Shown here piece by piece: positions 50,294 through 60,568 of a DNA stretch of 64,000 nucleotides. The notes below the pieces were generated by a model. That model had not been told where the DNA came from. It saw only the letters and a list, made by a program, of their open reading frames with translations, and did not search any database. The position numbers and the translations under genes were made by a program. This DNA is from Prevotella sp. (lineage in GTDB: Bacteria > Bacteroidota > Bacteroidia > Bacteroidales > Bacteroidaceae), in NCBI GenBank assembly GCA_016290975.1, contig JAEEVS010000010.1, positions 4,481 through 68,480 of the forward strand. The letters run 5' to 3'. The first letter of the stretch is position 1. Each line of letters starts with the position of its first letter.

Positions 50294-51729
50294 TACTCGT
50301 TCGGAGTAATATTAAGTTTATCAATCATCTCCCACTTCACCTCTACAGGATACTTGGCACGGAGCTTCTTTATCCAGTCTTTCTCCATACTCTCCTGGTA
50401 GTCGGCAGTCACGAGAGCCTTCACGTCGCCCATCTCCTCTGGTGCCTTCAGCATCTTGCCATATACAGCGTCGTTAGGGAAATTCTTTACGGCCTTCACC
50501 TTGGCGTCGGCAACGCCAAACTCCATCTTATCAACGAGTGCGTTGTCGCCTTTCTTGAATATGCCTTTCTCCACACGTATGCGGAGCACAGAGTCGTTGT
50601 TGAATGTGCTACGGAGCACCTTAGCCCACTCGTCAAACTTCTTGCCCTTAACAGCCTTCTTCACTGCTGCCACGTCGGCTATGTCCTTCGTGTGGTAAGC
50701 TATGCCCTTGAATCGTGGCTCTTCCCACGCATACTTCTTCTTGTTCTTCTTAAAGAACTTGTTCAGCCCAGCCTCATCCTTTGCAGCCTTTTCCCATACC
50801 TCGCGGTTGCTTGCCTCGTAGAGCAGCAGTCCGTCGTGATACTCCTTGATAAGGTACTTCATGTCCTGGTCTATGGCTGAGATAGAGTCGGCACGCTCGT
50901 CCATCACCTGCTCTGTGCTCACGCCCTTAGCCTCAGCAATAGCCTTCAGTCGGTTCTGGGCTATCTGTGTGCGCAGGTTGCGGCGCTCTATGAACTTATA
51001 GATATCGTCACGCAGTGAGTCGTATGGCTCCAACTGCTTCTTGTCCTTCATCTTGATGATGTGGTAGCCCACCTCAGTCAGCACAGGCTGTGACACCTCA
51101 CCCTTCTTCAGGGCAAAGGCAGCATCCTCAAAACCCTTCAGGGTCTGTCCCTTGCTTATCCATCCTATCTCGCCTCCGCGCTGTGCCGAACCTGGGTCTT
51201 GGCTGTACTGCTTGGCAAGAGCCTCGAAGTCGCCGCCCTTCTGTATCACGGCATAGAGTGAGTCGGCACGCTGCTTGCTGACATTCATCAGCGAGTCGCT
51301 GGGGTTCTGACCTGTCATCAGCAGTATGTGCTCAGGCAGCACCAGTCCGTCAGGACCTATGCGCTTCTTCGTGTCGTCGTATATCTTCTGTGCCTCCAGC
51401 TCCACGTCGGCATCGTTTATCATCGTGGGCAGCACCTGCTGGTCACGATACTGACGAAACTCCTTGTTGTATGATGTCAGCGTGTCGAGTTTAGCATCGA
51501 GCGCAGCCTCCACCTTCAACTTATAGTTTATGAACAGGTCCACATACTCCTTCACAGTCTTCTGTTCCAGCACGTCAGGACCGTTGTTCTTCTTATATGA
51601 ATACACAAACTCCGACTGCTTCACGGGCTTCCCGTTGATAGTCATCACCACAGGGTCGTCCTGTCCCTTCGCCGTCTGAGCGGCAAAGGAAGTAATAATT
51701 AATAATGAAAAAATAAGAATTCTCTTCAT
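50293..51729 (-). CDS. Parvulin-type peptidyl-prolyl cis-trans isomerase
   Basis: HILL, FEALAKQYSQDPGS..GGEIG, TEVGYHII. Confidence 0.85.
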   Translation of the reverse strand: MKRILIFSLLIITSFAAQTAKGQDDPVVMTINGKPVKQSEFVYSYKKNNGPDVLEQKTVKEYVDLFINYKLKVEAALDAKLDTLTSYNKEFRQYRDQQVLPTMINDADVELEAQKIYDDTKKRIGPDGLVLPEHILLMTGQNPSDSLMNVSKQRADSLYAVIQKGGDFEALAKQYSQDPGSAQRGGEIGWISKGQTLKGFEDAAFALKKGEVSQPVLTEVGYHIIKMKDKKQLEPYDSLRDDIYKFIERRNLRTQIAQNRLKAIAEAKGVSTEQVMDERADSISAIDQDMKYLIKEYHDGLLLYEASNREVWEKAAKDEAGLNKFFKKNKKKYAWEEPRFKGIAYHTKDIADVAAVKKAVKGKKFDEWAKVLRSTFNNDSVLRIRVEKGIFKKGDNALVDKMEFGVADAKVKAVKNFPNDAVYGKMLKAPEEMGDVKALVTADYQESMEKDWIKKLRAKYPVEVKWEMIDKLNITPNE

Positions 51730-51776
51730 CTTCTCACTTTTTACTTTATACTTTTTACTTTATACTTTATACTTTT

Positions 51777-53270
<1,494 letters not shown>

Positions 53271-53287
53271 TTAAGTATATTTGGATG

Positions 53288-53367
53288 CAAAGGTACAAAA
53301 ATAAATGAAGAATAAAGAATAAAGAATAAAGAAAAGTGGCGTTTTTCATTTTTTTTTTATAATTTTG
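53288..53367. promoter_or_regulatory. Divergent -7 boxes for guaB (53288-53295, minus) and mlaE (53360-53367, plus)
   Basis: Two TAnnTTTG boxes in opposite orientation, separated by an AAGAATA 7-mer array. Confidence 0.6.
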
Positions 53368-53397
53368 CACGGAGTTACATAAAAATCAAATCATAGC

Positions 53398-54147
53398 ATG
53401 CTATTCCCATTCAACTATCTCAACATACTCGGCAAATACCTCATACTCATGGGGCGAGCCATCACCATCCCCGACCGCTGGAGGATGTTTGGCAAGCAGT
53501 ATGTCAAGGAGATGCAGCAGCTCGGCGTTGACTCCATCGGCATCGTACTGCTCATATCATTCTTCATCGGAGCCGTTATCTGCATCCAGATAAAGCTCAA
53601 CATACAGTCGCCATGGATGCCTCGATGGGTCAGCGGCTACACCACTCGTGAGATTATGCTGCTTGAGTTCTCCTCATCCATCATGTGCCTCATTCTCGCA
53701 GGCAAGGTGGGCAGTAACATTGCCTCCGAACTCGGCACCATGCGCGTGACACAGCAGATTGACGCCCTCGACGTGATGGGTGTCAACTCAGCCAACTACC
53801 TCATAGCGCCTAAGATACTGGGGCTCATCACCCTCATGCCGTGTCTCGTCATCTTTGCCGATGTCATGGGCATCGTGGGTGCCTATGCCACCGCCTTCAT
53901 CGGACAGATAATAGCTCCTGACGACCTCACCATCGGACTCCAGCACTCCTTCAAGTCCTGGTTCGTGTGGATGTCCATCATCAAGAGCACCGTCTTCGCC
54001 TTCATCATCGCCTCCGTCTCCTCCTTCTGCGGCTTCACCGTCGAGGGCGGCTCCGTCGAGGTGGGCAAGGCAAGCACCTCCGCCGTTGTCAACAGCTCAG
54101 TGCTCATCCTCTTCGCCGATGTATTCCTCACGCAGTTGTTAAGTTAA
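53398..54147 (+). CDS. mlaE: MlaE family ABC transporter permease
   Basis: AGKVGSNIASELGTMRVTQQIDALDVMG, GGSVEVGKAST. Confidence 0.92.
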   Translation: MLFPFNYLNILGKYLILMGRAITIPDRWRMFGKQYVKEMQQLGVDSIGIVLLISFFIGAVICIQIKLNIQSPWMPRWVSGYTTREIMLLEFSSSIMCLILAGKVGSNIASELGTMRVTQQIDALDVMGVNSANYLIAPKILGLITLMPCLVIFADVMGIVGAYATAFIGQIIAPDDLTIGLQHSFKSWFVWMSIIKSTVFAFIIASVSSFCGFTVEGGSVEVGKASTSAVVNSSVLILFADVFLTQLLS

Positions 54148-54153
54148 TTCTTT

Positions 54154-54750
54154 AGAGGAGTGACAGAGGAGTGATAGAGGAGTGATAAGGGAGTGATAAG
54201 GGAGTGATAAGGGAGAGATAGGGACAAATGTAATAGACTGACGCAATATAAATGAAACAAACATTCAAAAATATTATAGCATGGCAAAAAGCCTATGACT
54301 ACTGTCTATACGTATATAAAGTAACTGCCCAATTCCCTGAGTTTGAACGCTTTGGACTGCGTTCACAATTCACCCGTGCAGCTGTATCTATAACTGCCAA
54401 TATAGCTGAAGGCTACAGAAAGTTAAGCAAACAAGACAAACTTCGATTCTTTAACATAGCTCAAGGCAGCTTAGACGAATGCAGAAACTATAATATACTC
54501 TCATTTGACCTTGGATACATTAGTCAAGAGCAATACGACCAACTTGAATTTAAAGCAAATGGAACCAGCAAAATACTCAACGCCTATTGCGAGGGAATAA
54601 TAAAGAATAATGGAGTCAAAGACTAAAAAAGGGTAATGTCCCTATCACTCCTCTATCACTCCACTACCACTCCCCTATCACTCCCCTATCACTCCCCTAT
54701 CACTCCCCTATCACTCCCCTATCACTCCCCTATCACTCCCCTTAACTCCC
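54154..54750 (+). mobile_element. Four-helix-bundle gene cassette flanked by inverted 11-bp tandem arrays
   Basis: Left arm 54154-54226 (6 x AG/AAGGGAGTGAT-type units ending AGGGACA); right arm 54637-54750 (TGTCCCT + 9 x ATCACTCCCCT); interrupts mlaE-mlaF. Confidence 0.75.
54252..54626 (+). CDS. Four helix bundle protein (23S rRNA IVP / Avd-like family)
   Basis: AWQKA..YKVT..FP.FERFGLRSQFTRAAVSITANIAEG..FFNIAQGSLDEC; AT-rich codon usage unlike its neighbours. Confidence 0.92.
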   Translation: MKQTFKNIIAWQKAYDYCLYVYKVTAQFPEFERFGLRSQFTRAAVSITANIAEGYRKLSKQDKLRFFNIAQGSLDECRNYNILSFDLGYISQEQYDQLEFKANGTSKILNAYCEGIIKNNGVKD

Positions 54751-54761
54751 CCCAAAAAACA

Positions 54762-55532
54762 ATGATCGACGTTCAACACATATACAAAAAATTCGACGAC
54801 CTTGAGGTCCTTCACGACATCAACGCCACATTCGAAGACGGCAAGACCAACCTCATCATCGGACAGTCTGGCTCAGGCAAGACCGTGCTCATGAAGAACC
54901 TCGTAGGACTCTTCTCACCCACCAGCGGCAAGATACTCTACGACGGACGCGACCTCGTCACCATGACCAAACAGGAGAAAGTCAGCCTCAGACGCGAGAT
55001 GGGCATGATATTCCAGTCAGCCGCCCTCTTCGACTCCATCTCCGTGCTCGAAAACGTCATGTTCCCCCTCGATATGTTCTCCACCATGACCCTGCGCGAG
55101 CGCAAGCACCGTGCACAGGAATGTCTCGACCGTGTCAACCTCTCAGGTGCAGGCGACAAATTCCCTGGCGAGCTCTCAGGCGGCATGCAGAAACGCGTCG
55201 CCATAGCCCGTGCCATCGTGATGAACCCCAAATACCTGTTCTGCGACGAGCCCAACTCAGGACTCGACCCCAAGACCAGTCTCGTCATCGACGAGCTCCT
55301 TCATGGCATCACACAGGAATATGGCATCACCACCATCATCAACACCCACGACATGAACTCCGTCCTCGGCATCGGCGAGAACATCGTCTTCATCTGCAAG
55401 GGACGCGTAGGCTGGCGAGGCAACTCCGCACAGGTCATGAGCTCCACCAACGAAGACCTCAACGACCTCGTCTTCGCCTCCGAGCTATTCAAAAAAGTTA
55501 AGGAAACAGCCTCCGAGCTATCTCGCCTGTAA
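54762..55532 (+). CDS. mlaF: MlaF family ABC transporter ATP-binding protein
   Basis: GQSGSGKT, FQSAALFDS, LSGGMQKRVAIARA, DEPNSGLDP; start at ATG 54762, since the ORF extension from 54636 is translated repeat. Confidence 0.92.
   Translation: MIDVQHIYKKFDDLEVLHDINATFEDGKTNLIIGQSGSGKTVLMKNLVGLFSPTSGKILYDGRDLVTMTKQEKVSLRREMGMIFQSAALFDSISVLENVMFPLDMFSTMTLRERKHRAQECLDRVNLSGAGDKFPGELSGGMQKRVAIARAIVMNPKYLFCDEPNSGLDPKTSLVIDELLHGITQEYGITTIINTHDMNSVLGIGENIVFICKGRVGWRGNSAQVMSSTNEDLNDLVFASELFKKVKETASELSRL
55476..55509 (+). repeat. 34-bp direct repeat, copy 1 (mlaF 3' end)
   Basis: GCCTCCGAGCTATTCAAAAAAGTTAAGGAAACAG, identical at 56295-56328. Confidence 0.9.
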
Positions 55533-55591
55533 TCGGACGCACCTTTGGTGCTACGCTTGCCAGAGCAAGAACACCTAATGGAGCGCAAGAA
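55512..55591. repeat. ~80-bp dispersed REP/MITE-like element, copy 2
   Basis: Reverse complement of 12365-12444; supplies the mlaF stop codon. Confidence 0.85.
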
Positions 55592-55615
55592 CGGCTAAGG
55601 GGTAAAGCACTACAT

Positions 55616-55879
55616 TCAGAAAAGCTCTGAATGACTGCCTATACGCAATAAGTCAACAGAATCTTTATCAATCCATATCAGCAAAGTGTCTGATTCTATA
55701 TGACACTCCATACATCCCTTGTAATCACCTTTAAGCTGATGCGGGTATAAAGCCTCAGGTATGGGTTCTTCGTTTTCCAATAGTTTTAGAACATCAAGCA
55801 ACTTCTTTAGTTTAGTAGGTTGATGCTTTATTCGTTTAAAGTCCTTCTTGAATTGAGAAGTATAATGTAGAGTTTTCAT
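55616..55879 (-). CDS. yafQ: Type II toxin, RelE/YafQ family mRNA interferase
   Basis: TSQFKKDFKR, HQLKGDYKGCMECHIESDTLLIW, LLRIGSHSELF. Confidence 0.92.
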   Translation of the reverse strand: MKTLHYTSQFKKDFKRIKHQPTKLKKLLDVLKLLENEEPIPEALYPHQLKGDYKGCMECHIESDTLLIWIDKDSVDLLRIGSHSELF

Positions 55880-56127
55880 TCTTCAATCGACTTTATCATC
55901 GCATCAACGCTACTTGTATTTACTGTGCCAGCAAACAAACCTTTCTTAGCCTCTTCTATAGCGGCTAAGGTTTCCATGTTAGGGGTAACCGTCAGGTCTT
56001 CCTCCTTTATCTGTATTATGGCAAACAACTGATTTTTTCTTCTAATATAAACCTGCTCACCAGCTGTTACCATATCTAACGAGCTCGCCATATTACTACG
56101 AAAATCTCTCACTGAAATCTGACGCAT
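55876..56127 (-). CDS. Type II antitoxin (Phd/YefM-like N-terminus, DinJ/RelB-like C-terminus)
   Basis: ISVRDFRSNMASSLDMV..GEQVYIRR; PNMETLAAIEEAKKG; 4-bp overlap with the toxin gene. Confidence 0.8.
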   Translation of the reverse strand: MRQISVRDFRSNMASSLDMVTAGEQVYIRRKNQLFAIIQIKEEDLTVTPNMETLAAIEEAKKGLFAGTVNTSSVDAMIKSIEE

Positions 56128-56167
56128 AATTCTATCCTTTGTATATGGTTAATTCTTCCTTTGCCTG

Positions 56168-56228
56168 CAAAATTACAAACATTTTCATTAACATGCAAAC
56201 ATTTTGTGTACTTTTTTGTGTACACAAA
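56168..56228 (-). promoter_or_regulatory. TA promoter (-7 box TAATTTTG) and palindromic operator TTTGTGTACACAAA
   Basis: -7 box at 56168-56175; perfect palindrome at about 56215-56228 with an adjacent half-site. Confidence 0.55.
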
Positions 56229-56294
56229 GATATAACAAACTTGTGAACCGAGTGCATTTTTAACATTTCAACCGCTCTTTCTCAGGTAAACATT

Positions 56295-56348
56295 GCCTCC
56301 GAGCTATTCAAAAAAGTTAAGGAAACAGAAATGGCTAAGGGGATATGA
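56295..56348 (+). repeat. Direct repeat copy 2; displaced mlaF 3' end
   Basis: Reads ASELFKKVKETEMAKGI* in the mlaF frame. Confidence 0.8.
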
Positions 56349-56612
56349 TACATTAAGTCTTTGATGAGGTTGTGTCAAAAGTAACAGATACAACCTTTTT
56401 TTTATTGTCCTCCTACCTTTTAATTTTCTAACAGCCCTTATGCTATCTGGATCACCAAGCACTGCCACTTTCTTAAAATATGCGAGAGCACGATATGAAT
56501 AGTTTAATCCGATTCAAAAATAGCGTCAGCCGAGCCTTTTGAAGCTCTTTTTCAAGACACTATTTTTTCTTATATTCATCCCATGTCAAAGAGCCATCAG
56601 TAAACTTTTACG

Positions 56613-57668
56613 CTAAAAATCACCTAATTTTTCTCCCACCTTTTCTGCATAGATAGCATAGTATTTTTCTGCTAAATCCAAATTTTTTATGCCCGCTAAA
56701 CCTTTTTCATAATATCTTCCTATTTTCCGTGCCGCCCCTATATCGCCATAATTGTATGCTTGCATATAGTAATGGAATGCTCTACCTCTATTGAATTCCT
56801 TTTCGTATGTTATGGCTAAGTCAAGACATGCATCTATGCTACCATTATTTGCGGCCTTGATTAACATGGTTTCAGCTTCTTTTATTTTTTTAGAATTCTG
56901 GTATATTTGAGCTAACATGTACATACATTTACAATCTCCACATTCAACACCTTTTTTTAGCCATCCCTTAGCCTTCTCTTTATTTGATATATCTTCATTT
57001 TCACTGTATTCATAGATATAGGCTAATTGTATGGCAGCATCATCCTCCCCATGCTCAAATGCTTTTTCTAAAGATTTAATAGCTTTAATGTGATTAGCCT
57101 TCAAAGTGTCAATTCCTAGTTTGTAAAATTTTCCTATGGCTAATAAATATGAGGGATCTTCTTTATTAGTAATGCTATTCATCACACTTAGGGCTTTGCG
57201 AGGAGAAATAAGAAAATCTGCTAACTCTGCATATCTACTCAAAACGTAAGGATTTTTACTCTTTGATACAAGATTTTCAATCTCGGCAGGTATTTTTGGG
57301 TCACTAATTTCTTCTCCATCCACGTATCTAATCATAGATTTATATGCAAGGTCAAAGATAGCCTGCTCACAACCTGCTTTTGCGGATTTGTTTAATAACG
57401 AATCCGCTTTTGCTAAATTAAATGGTACTCCCTGTCCTTTTCGATATGCGTTATTTAGACGCCACATAGCGTAGGAGTCACCATCTTTTGCCATTTCTTC
57501 ATAAAGCTTCGCAGCTTCTTCATAATTCCTCTCTATTCTAAATTTCTCTGCTTTTTCATAATTCCTCTCAATTTTTGATTTCTCTGCCTTTTCAGACTTG
57601 ATTGTACATCCGATTAATAGAGAAGAAAGGATAATTAGTCCAATCGCAATTAATGATTTCTTTTTCAT
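56613..57668 (-). CDS. Sel1-like repeat lipoprotein
   Basis: Lipobox LLIGC; multiple Sel1 repeats (YRKGQGVPFNLAKA, YEKGLAGIKNLDLA). Confidence 0.85.
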   Translation of the reverse strand: MKKKSLIAIGLIILSSLLIGCTIKSEKAEKSKIERNYEKAEKFRIERNYEEAAKLYEEMAKDGDSYAMWRLNNAYRKGQGVPFNLAKADSLLNKSAKAGCEQAIFDLAYKSMIRYVDGEEISDPKIPAEIENLVSKSKNPYVLSRYAELADFLISPRKALSVMNSITNKEDPSYLLAIGKFYKLGIDTLKANHIKAIKSLEKAFEHGEDDAAIQLAYIYEYSENEDISNKEKAKGWLKKGVECGDCKCMYMLAQIYQNSKKIKEAETMLIKAANNGSIDACLDLAITYEKEFNRGRAFHYYMQAYNYGDIGAARKIGRYYEKGLAGIKNLDLAEKYYAIYAEKVGEKLGDF

Positions 57669-57672
57669 AATT

Positions 57673-58539
57673 CTAGTTCTTTTTTATTGTTGTTTCTTCA
57701 GAATAAGTATAAAAATCCTCCATACCGCCAAGTACAGTTACTGAATAACTACCACTGTTATAGTAAATTCGGAATACTTGCCCCTTAAGAGATGAGCCTT
57801 TGAAATAATCATCTCCATAATTTCCTTTTTTACTTGTGTAACTGCTTATCACAACTGTCAAAGCATTCCCATCAACCTTTCCTTTTATAGTTCCTTCAAG
57901 CGAGCCATAGTCAATGGATATCGTACCATCTTCCTGTGAGTTTCCAATAAATGCATATATTTTTCCCTCATAATAATCCTTTGATATTTTACTTAAATTA
58001 AGTTTAGCAACAGTTGAACCCACTCGGTATAATTCTCCATCAATAGTAAAACCACCAATCCAAGGGTCAAAAGCGAATTCATCATCATCGTAGGTTTCAC
58101 CATTGGCGATGTCTGTGTTTGAATTGGAATTATCTTGTTCGGTTATTAGAGTATCTGGACATACATAATCCACCTCATAGTCTGTTGTGTTATTGCTCTT
58201 ATGAACCAGTGCAAAGAGTGTTCCAAGTAGAAGAATAATAAAACCTATCGCAAGAAAAAGACGTTTTACTCTTTTTGAGTCTTTTTGTCTTGCCGCCTGA
58301 TTACCATCTTTCTTTATTTCTATATTATGAGGAGTAGAAACGTTTGTTTCAAGATTGTTATCTTGAGTATTTGTTTTTGACTCATTGTTGCATTCTAGAG
58401 TTTCTTCCTTTTCTGATAACGGAAGAGAATGAGTCCTTAGAATTTTAGCCTTTTCAACTTGCATTTCCTCTGGCGTCAGTATGCCAGCATCTAAAAGTTT
58501 CTTTAATTCTTGAAGTCGAATAATCTGTTCTTGAGTCAT
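57673..58539 (-). CDS. SHOCT-domain single-pass membrane protein
   Basis: N-terminal RLQELKKLLDAGILTPEEMQVEKAKIL; one TM helix. Confidence 0.8.
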   Translation of the reverse strand: MTQEQIIRLQELKKLLDAGILTPEEMQVEKAKILRTHSLPLSEKEETLECNNESKTNTQDNNLETNVSTPHNIEIKKDGNQAARQKDSKRVKRLFLAIGFIILLLGTLFALVHKSNNTTDYEVDYVCPDTLITEQDNSNSNTDIANGETYDDDEFAFDPWIGGFTIDGELYRVGSTVAKLNLSKISKDYYEGKIYAFIGNSQEDGTISIDYGSLEGTIKGKVDGNALTVVISSYTSKKGNYGDDYFKGSSLKGQVFRIYYNSGSYSVTVLGGMEDFYTYSEETTIKKN

Positions 58540-58543
58540 AGGG

Positions 58544-59419
58544 TTATGAATTTAGTATTTTCTTCTTTTCATTATCAAATTCTTCTTGAGTTAAGACTCC
58601 ACTATCAAGTAGTTCTTTTAGTTCAAAAAGAAGTTTTACCTTATCTGTTATGCCTACTGATTTAGTATCAGGCTCATTGGATGAATCTTTATTGGAAAGA
58701 GATACAGGATTAATGTCTTGTGTAAGTTTTGTACTTTGCACAGGTTCTATATTTATTCCCGCATTTGCATCTGGGCCCTTTTGCTTATTTGTATTGAATA
58801 TCAAGTCAATCGCCTTGTAGTATTTTCTTTGTAGAATTACAATAGGTATAACTATAGTTATAATCAAAAAAGATATTAGACAAACTAAAAACACGACTTG
58901 ATTAAACGTTGTATTTAGATCAAAATACCAATAAGTAAAATTAATTATGAAGGATGCAAAATTTGTAGATAGAGAAATAACGGTCCATACGCTGATGATA
59001 CCAGTAATTACTTTTAGTTTATTAGTAGAAATGTTTTGTCGATGAAATACCGCCCTTATACTTAAAACCGTGACTGTTAGTACAATGAGGAAAGTTGCTC
59101 CATAAATCTTTTGCCACAGATACAGTTGCTCCCAATCATCATCTGTAAGACCCATTGTCGCTAAATCAGATGTAATTAACCCGTACAGATTATCTCTTTC
59201 TGGCAATATAGCAAGGCTAATGGCAAAAAGTGACGCAAACGCCCAGGTATGAATTATTGGCAAATCGATAGTATAATCAATTCCTAAGTTCTTTATACCC
59301 GGTTTTTTTTCATATATGTGGAGTTTAAGGCAGTAAGAAGCTATACAGGCAAACATTGAAGTTACTAAAAGCACTATCAAAATCGAACTTATCATAGGAA
59401 AGTATATTTTACCACTCAC
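58544..59419 (-). CDS. Multi-pass membrane protein with C-terminal SHOCT domain
   Basis: About 5 hydrophobic helices; LFELKELLDSGVLTQEEFDNEKKKIL. Confidence 0.78.
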   Translation of the reverse strand: MSGKIYFPMISSILIVLLVTSMFACIASYCLKLHIYEKKPGIKNLGIDYTIDLPIIHTWAFASLFAISLAILPERDNLYGLITSDLATMGLTDDDWEQLYLWQKIYGATFLIVLTVTVLSIRAVFHRQNISTNKLKVITGIISVWTVISLSTNFASFIINFTYWYFDLNTTFNQVVFLVCLISFLIITIVIPIVILQRKYYKAIDLIFNTNKQKGPDANAGINIEPVQSTKLTQDINPVSLSNKDSSNEPDTKSVGITDKVKLLFELKELLDSGVLTQEEFDNEKKKILNS

Positions 59420-60196
59420 TCCATTATTGTAGCATTATTATTAGGTTAGCAACAAGAAAAGCATGGAGATTATTAACCGCTCGTCTTATCTTGGGCTCTG
59501 GAAAAACCTCATTGCAAACAAACAGATAACTACACCCCATGCTTGTGATATTGAGGCTCTTCCAGTTGAACCAGAAAGAAACAATCAATACACACAATAT
59601 GGGCATTTCGTTGACCCGTCCCTGCAATTAAAATTTTCCAGACTTTAAGATAAAGGACAAAGACAATTTAACGCCTTCTTGGTCTCTGGCTGTCACTCTT
59701 AGGATTGGATAGTAAATCCTCAGAGAGTTCCAAATGACGGTGTAAAATTAGTAATATTTTGAGAAACTCCAAAATTTTTAGTGACAAAAATCAAAATAAA
59801 GTTATATCCTTTTCCTCATTAGTACGTGCTTACCGCACTACTACTTGTCATAGCTATGTGATAAAAATGTTTGATTTTTGAAATAAATGTAAAATTGGTT
59901 TTTCATGGTATGCTGCTTAGGATGAAATAAGAGGTCATGCCTGTAACTTTTGACACTACCTCGCTAGGACTCTACTCTTGGTTGCTCTTTCTAATTTTGC
60001 CGATTTCGATAGAACAAGAATATGATTTAACGCTTCTATTTCAATATGTATTAAAGATCCAAATTTATCTCATAGGCAACAATGTTGTTTAGAATGTCTG
60101 ACCCCACAAAGTAAAAATTTATTTCTCCAAATAATGGGGAGAAAAAAGGATATTAGGGCTTCATAGGGAGATGGGCGACCTTAGGTTATGTAGTAG

Positions 60197-60360
60197 TCTC
60201 AATCTCAGTATCTCAGTTAAAAAATAGGTACCCTCTTATCTTGTCCCTCTCTCTAATAAACTTTATAACTTATTAATAATTAAATAATTATATATATAAT
60301 AATATAAAATGAGAGAGTGAAGGGGTACCTTAAGAAACAACTGAGATACTGAGATTGAGA
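60197..60360. repeat. Long inverted repeat around an AT-rich core
   Basis: TCTCAATCTCAGTATCTCAGTT (60197-60218) / AACTGAGATACTGAGATTGAGA (60339-60360); inner GGTACCC and CTCTCT/GAGAGAG pairs. Confidence 0.85.
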
Positions 60361-60568
60361 TTGTGAATAAGACTTACAGTCACTCAAGTAGCTGATAATA
60401 AGACTATTACAAAATGAGTAATAATCTGCGTATAGGGAAATCATCCTTAAAATAGGCTGAATAATCTCAGTTATTCCCCCTAAAAAGCCTCAAAGAGGGC
60501 ACAGAAACGGCTTGTTTCTGTATCTTTCATGTCGCTTTAGTCACAACAGATGTGTTCGGAAAATTAAA

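Larger units (their letters stand above)
56366..59962. mobile_element. Non-autonomous transposon-like unit with ~31-bp terminal inverted repeats carrying three AT-rich genes
   Basis: Left GAGGTTGTGTCAAAAGTAACAGATACAACCT vs right (reverse complement) GAGGTAGTGTCAAAAGTTACAGGCATGACCTC; low GC inside; no transposase. Confidence 0.65.

Noticed and set aside
54252-54626. Diversity-generating retroelement (Avd-like gene plus AAC-rich repeats)
   Set aside because: No reverse transcriptase in the window and no TR/VR pair differing only at adenines; the AAC positions in the arrays are mostly the conserved ones.
54154-54750. CRISPR array
   Set aside because: The 11-bp units are contiguous without unique spacers and no cas genes are present; the same applies to the 21-bp arrays.
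54636-54761. N-terminal extension of MlaF (SLPYHSPITPL repeats)
   Set aside because: It is the translated 11-bp array; the ABC domain starts at ATG 54762.
56400-56610. Transposase pseudogene remnant inside the left inverted repeat
   Set aside because: Only a faint resemblance (HGMNIRK on the minus strand); not supportable without a search.
59424-59648. Two short overlapping ORFs
   Set aside because: No recognisable motifs; I cannot support either as a gene.
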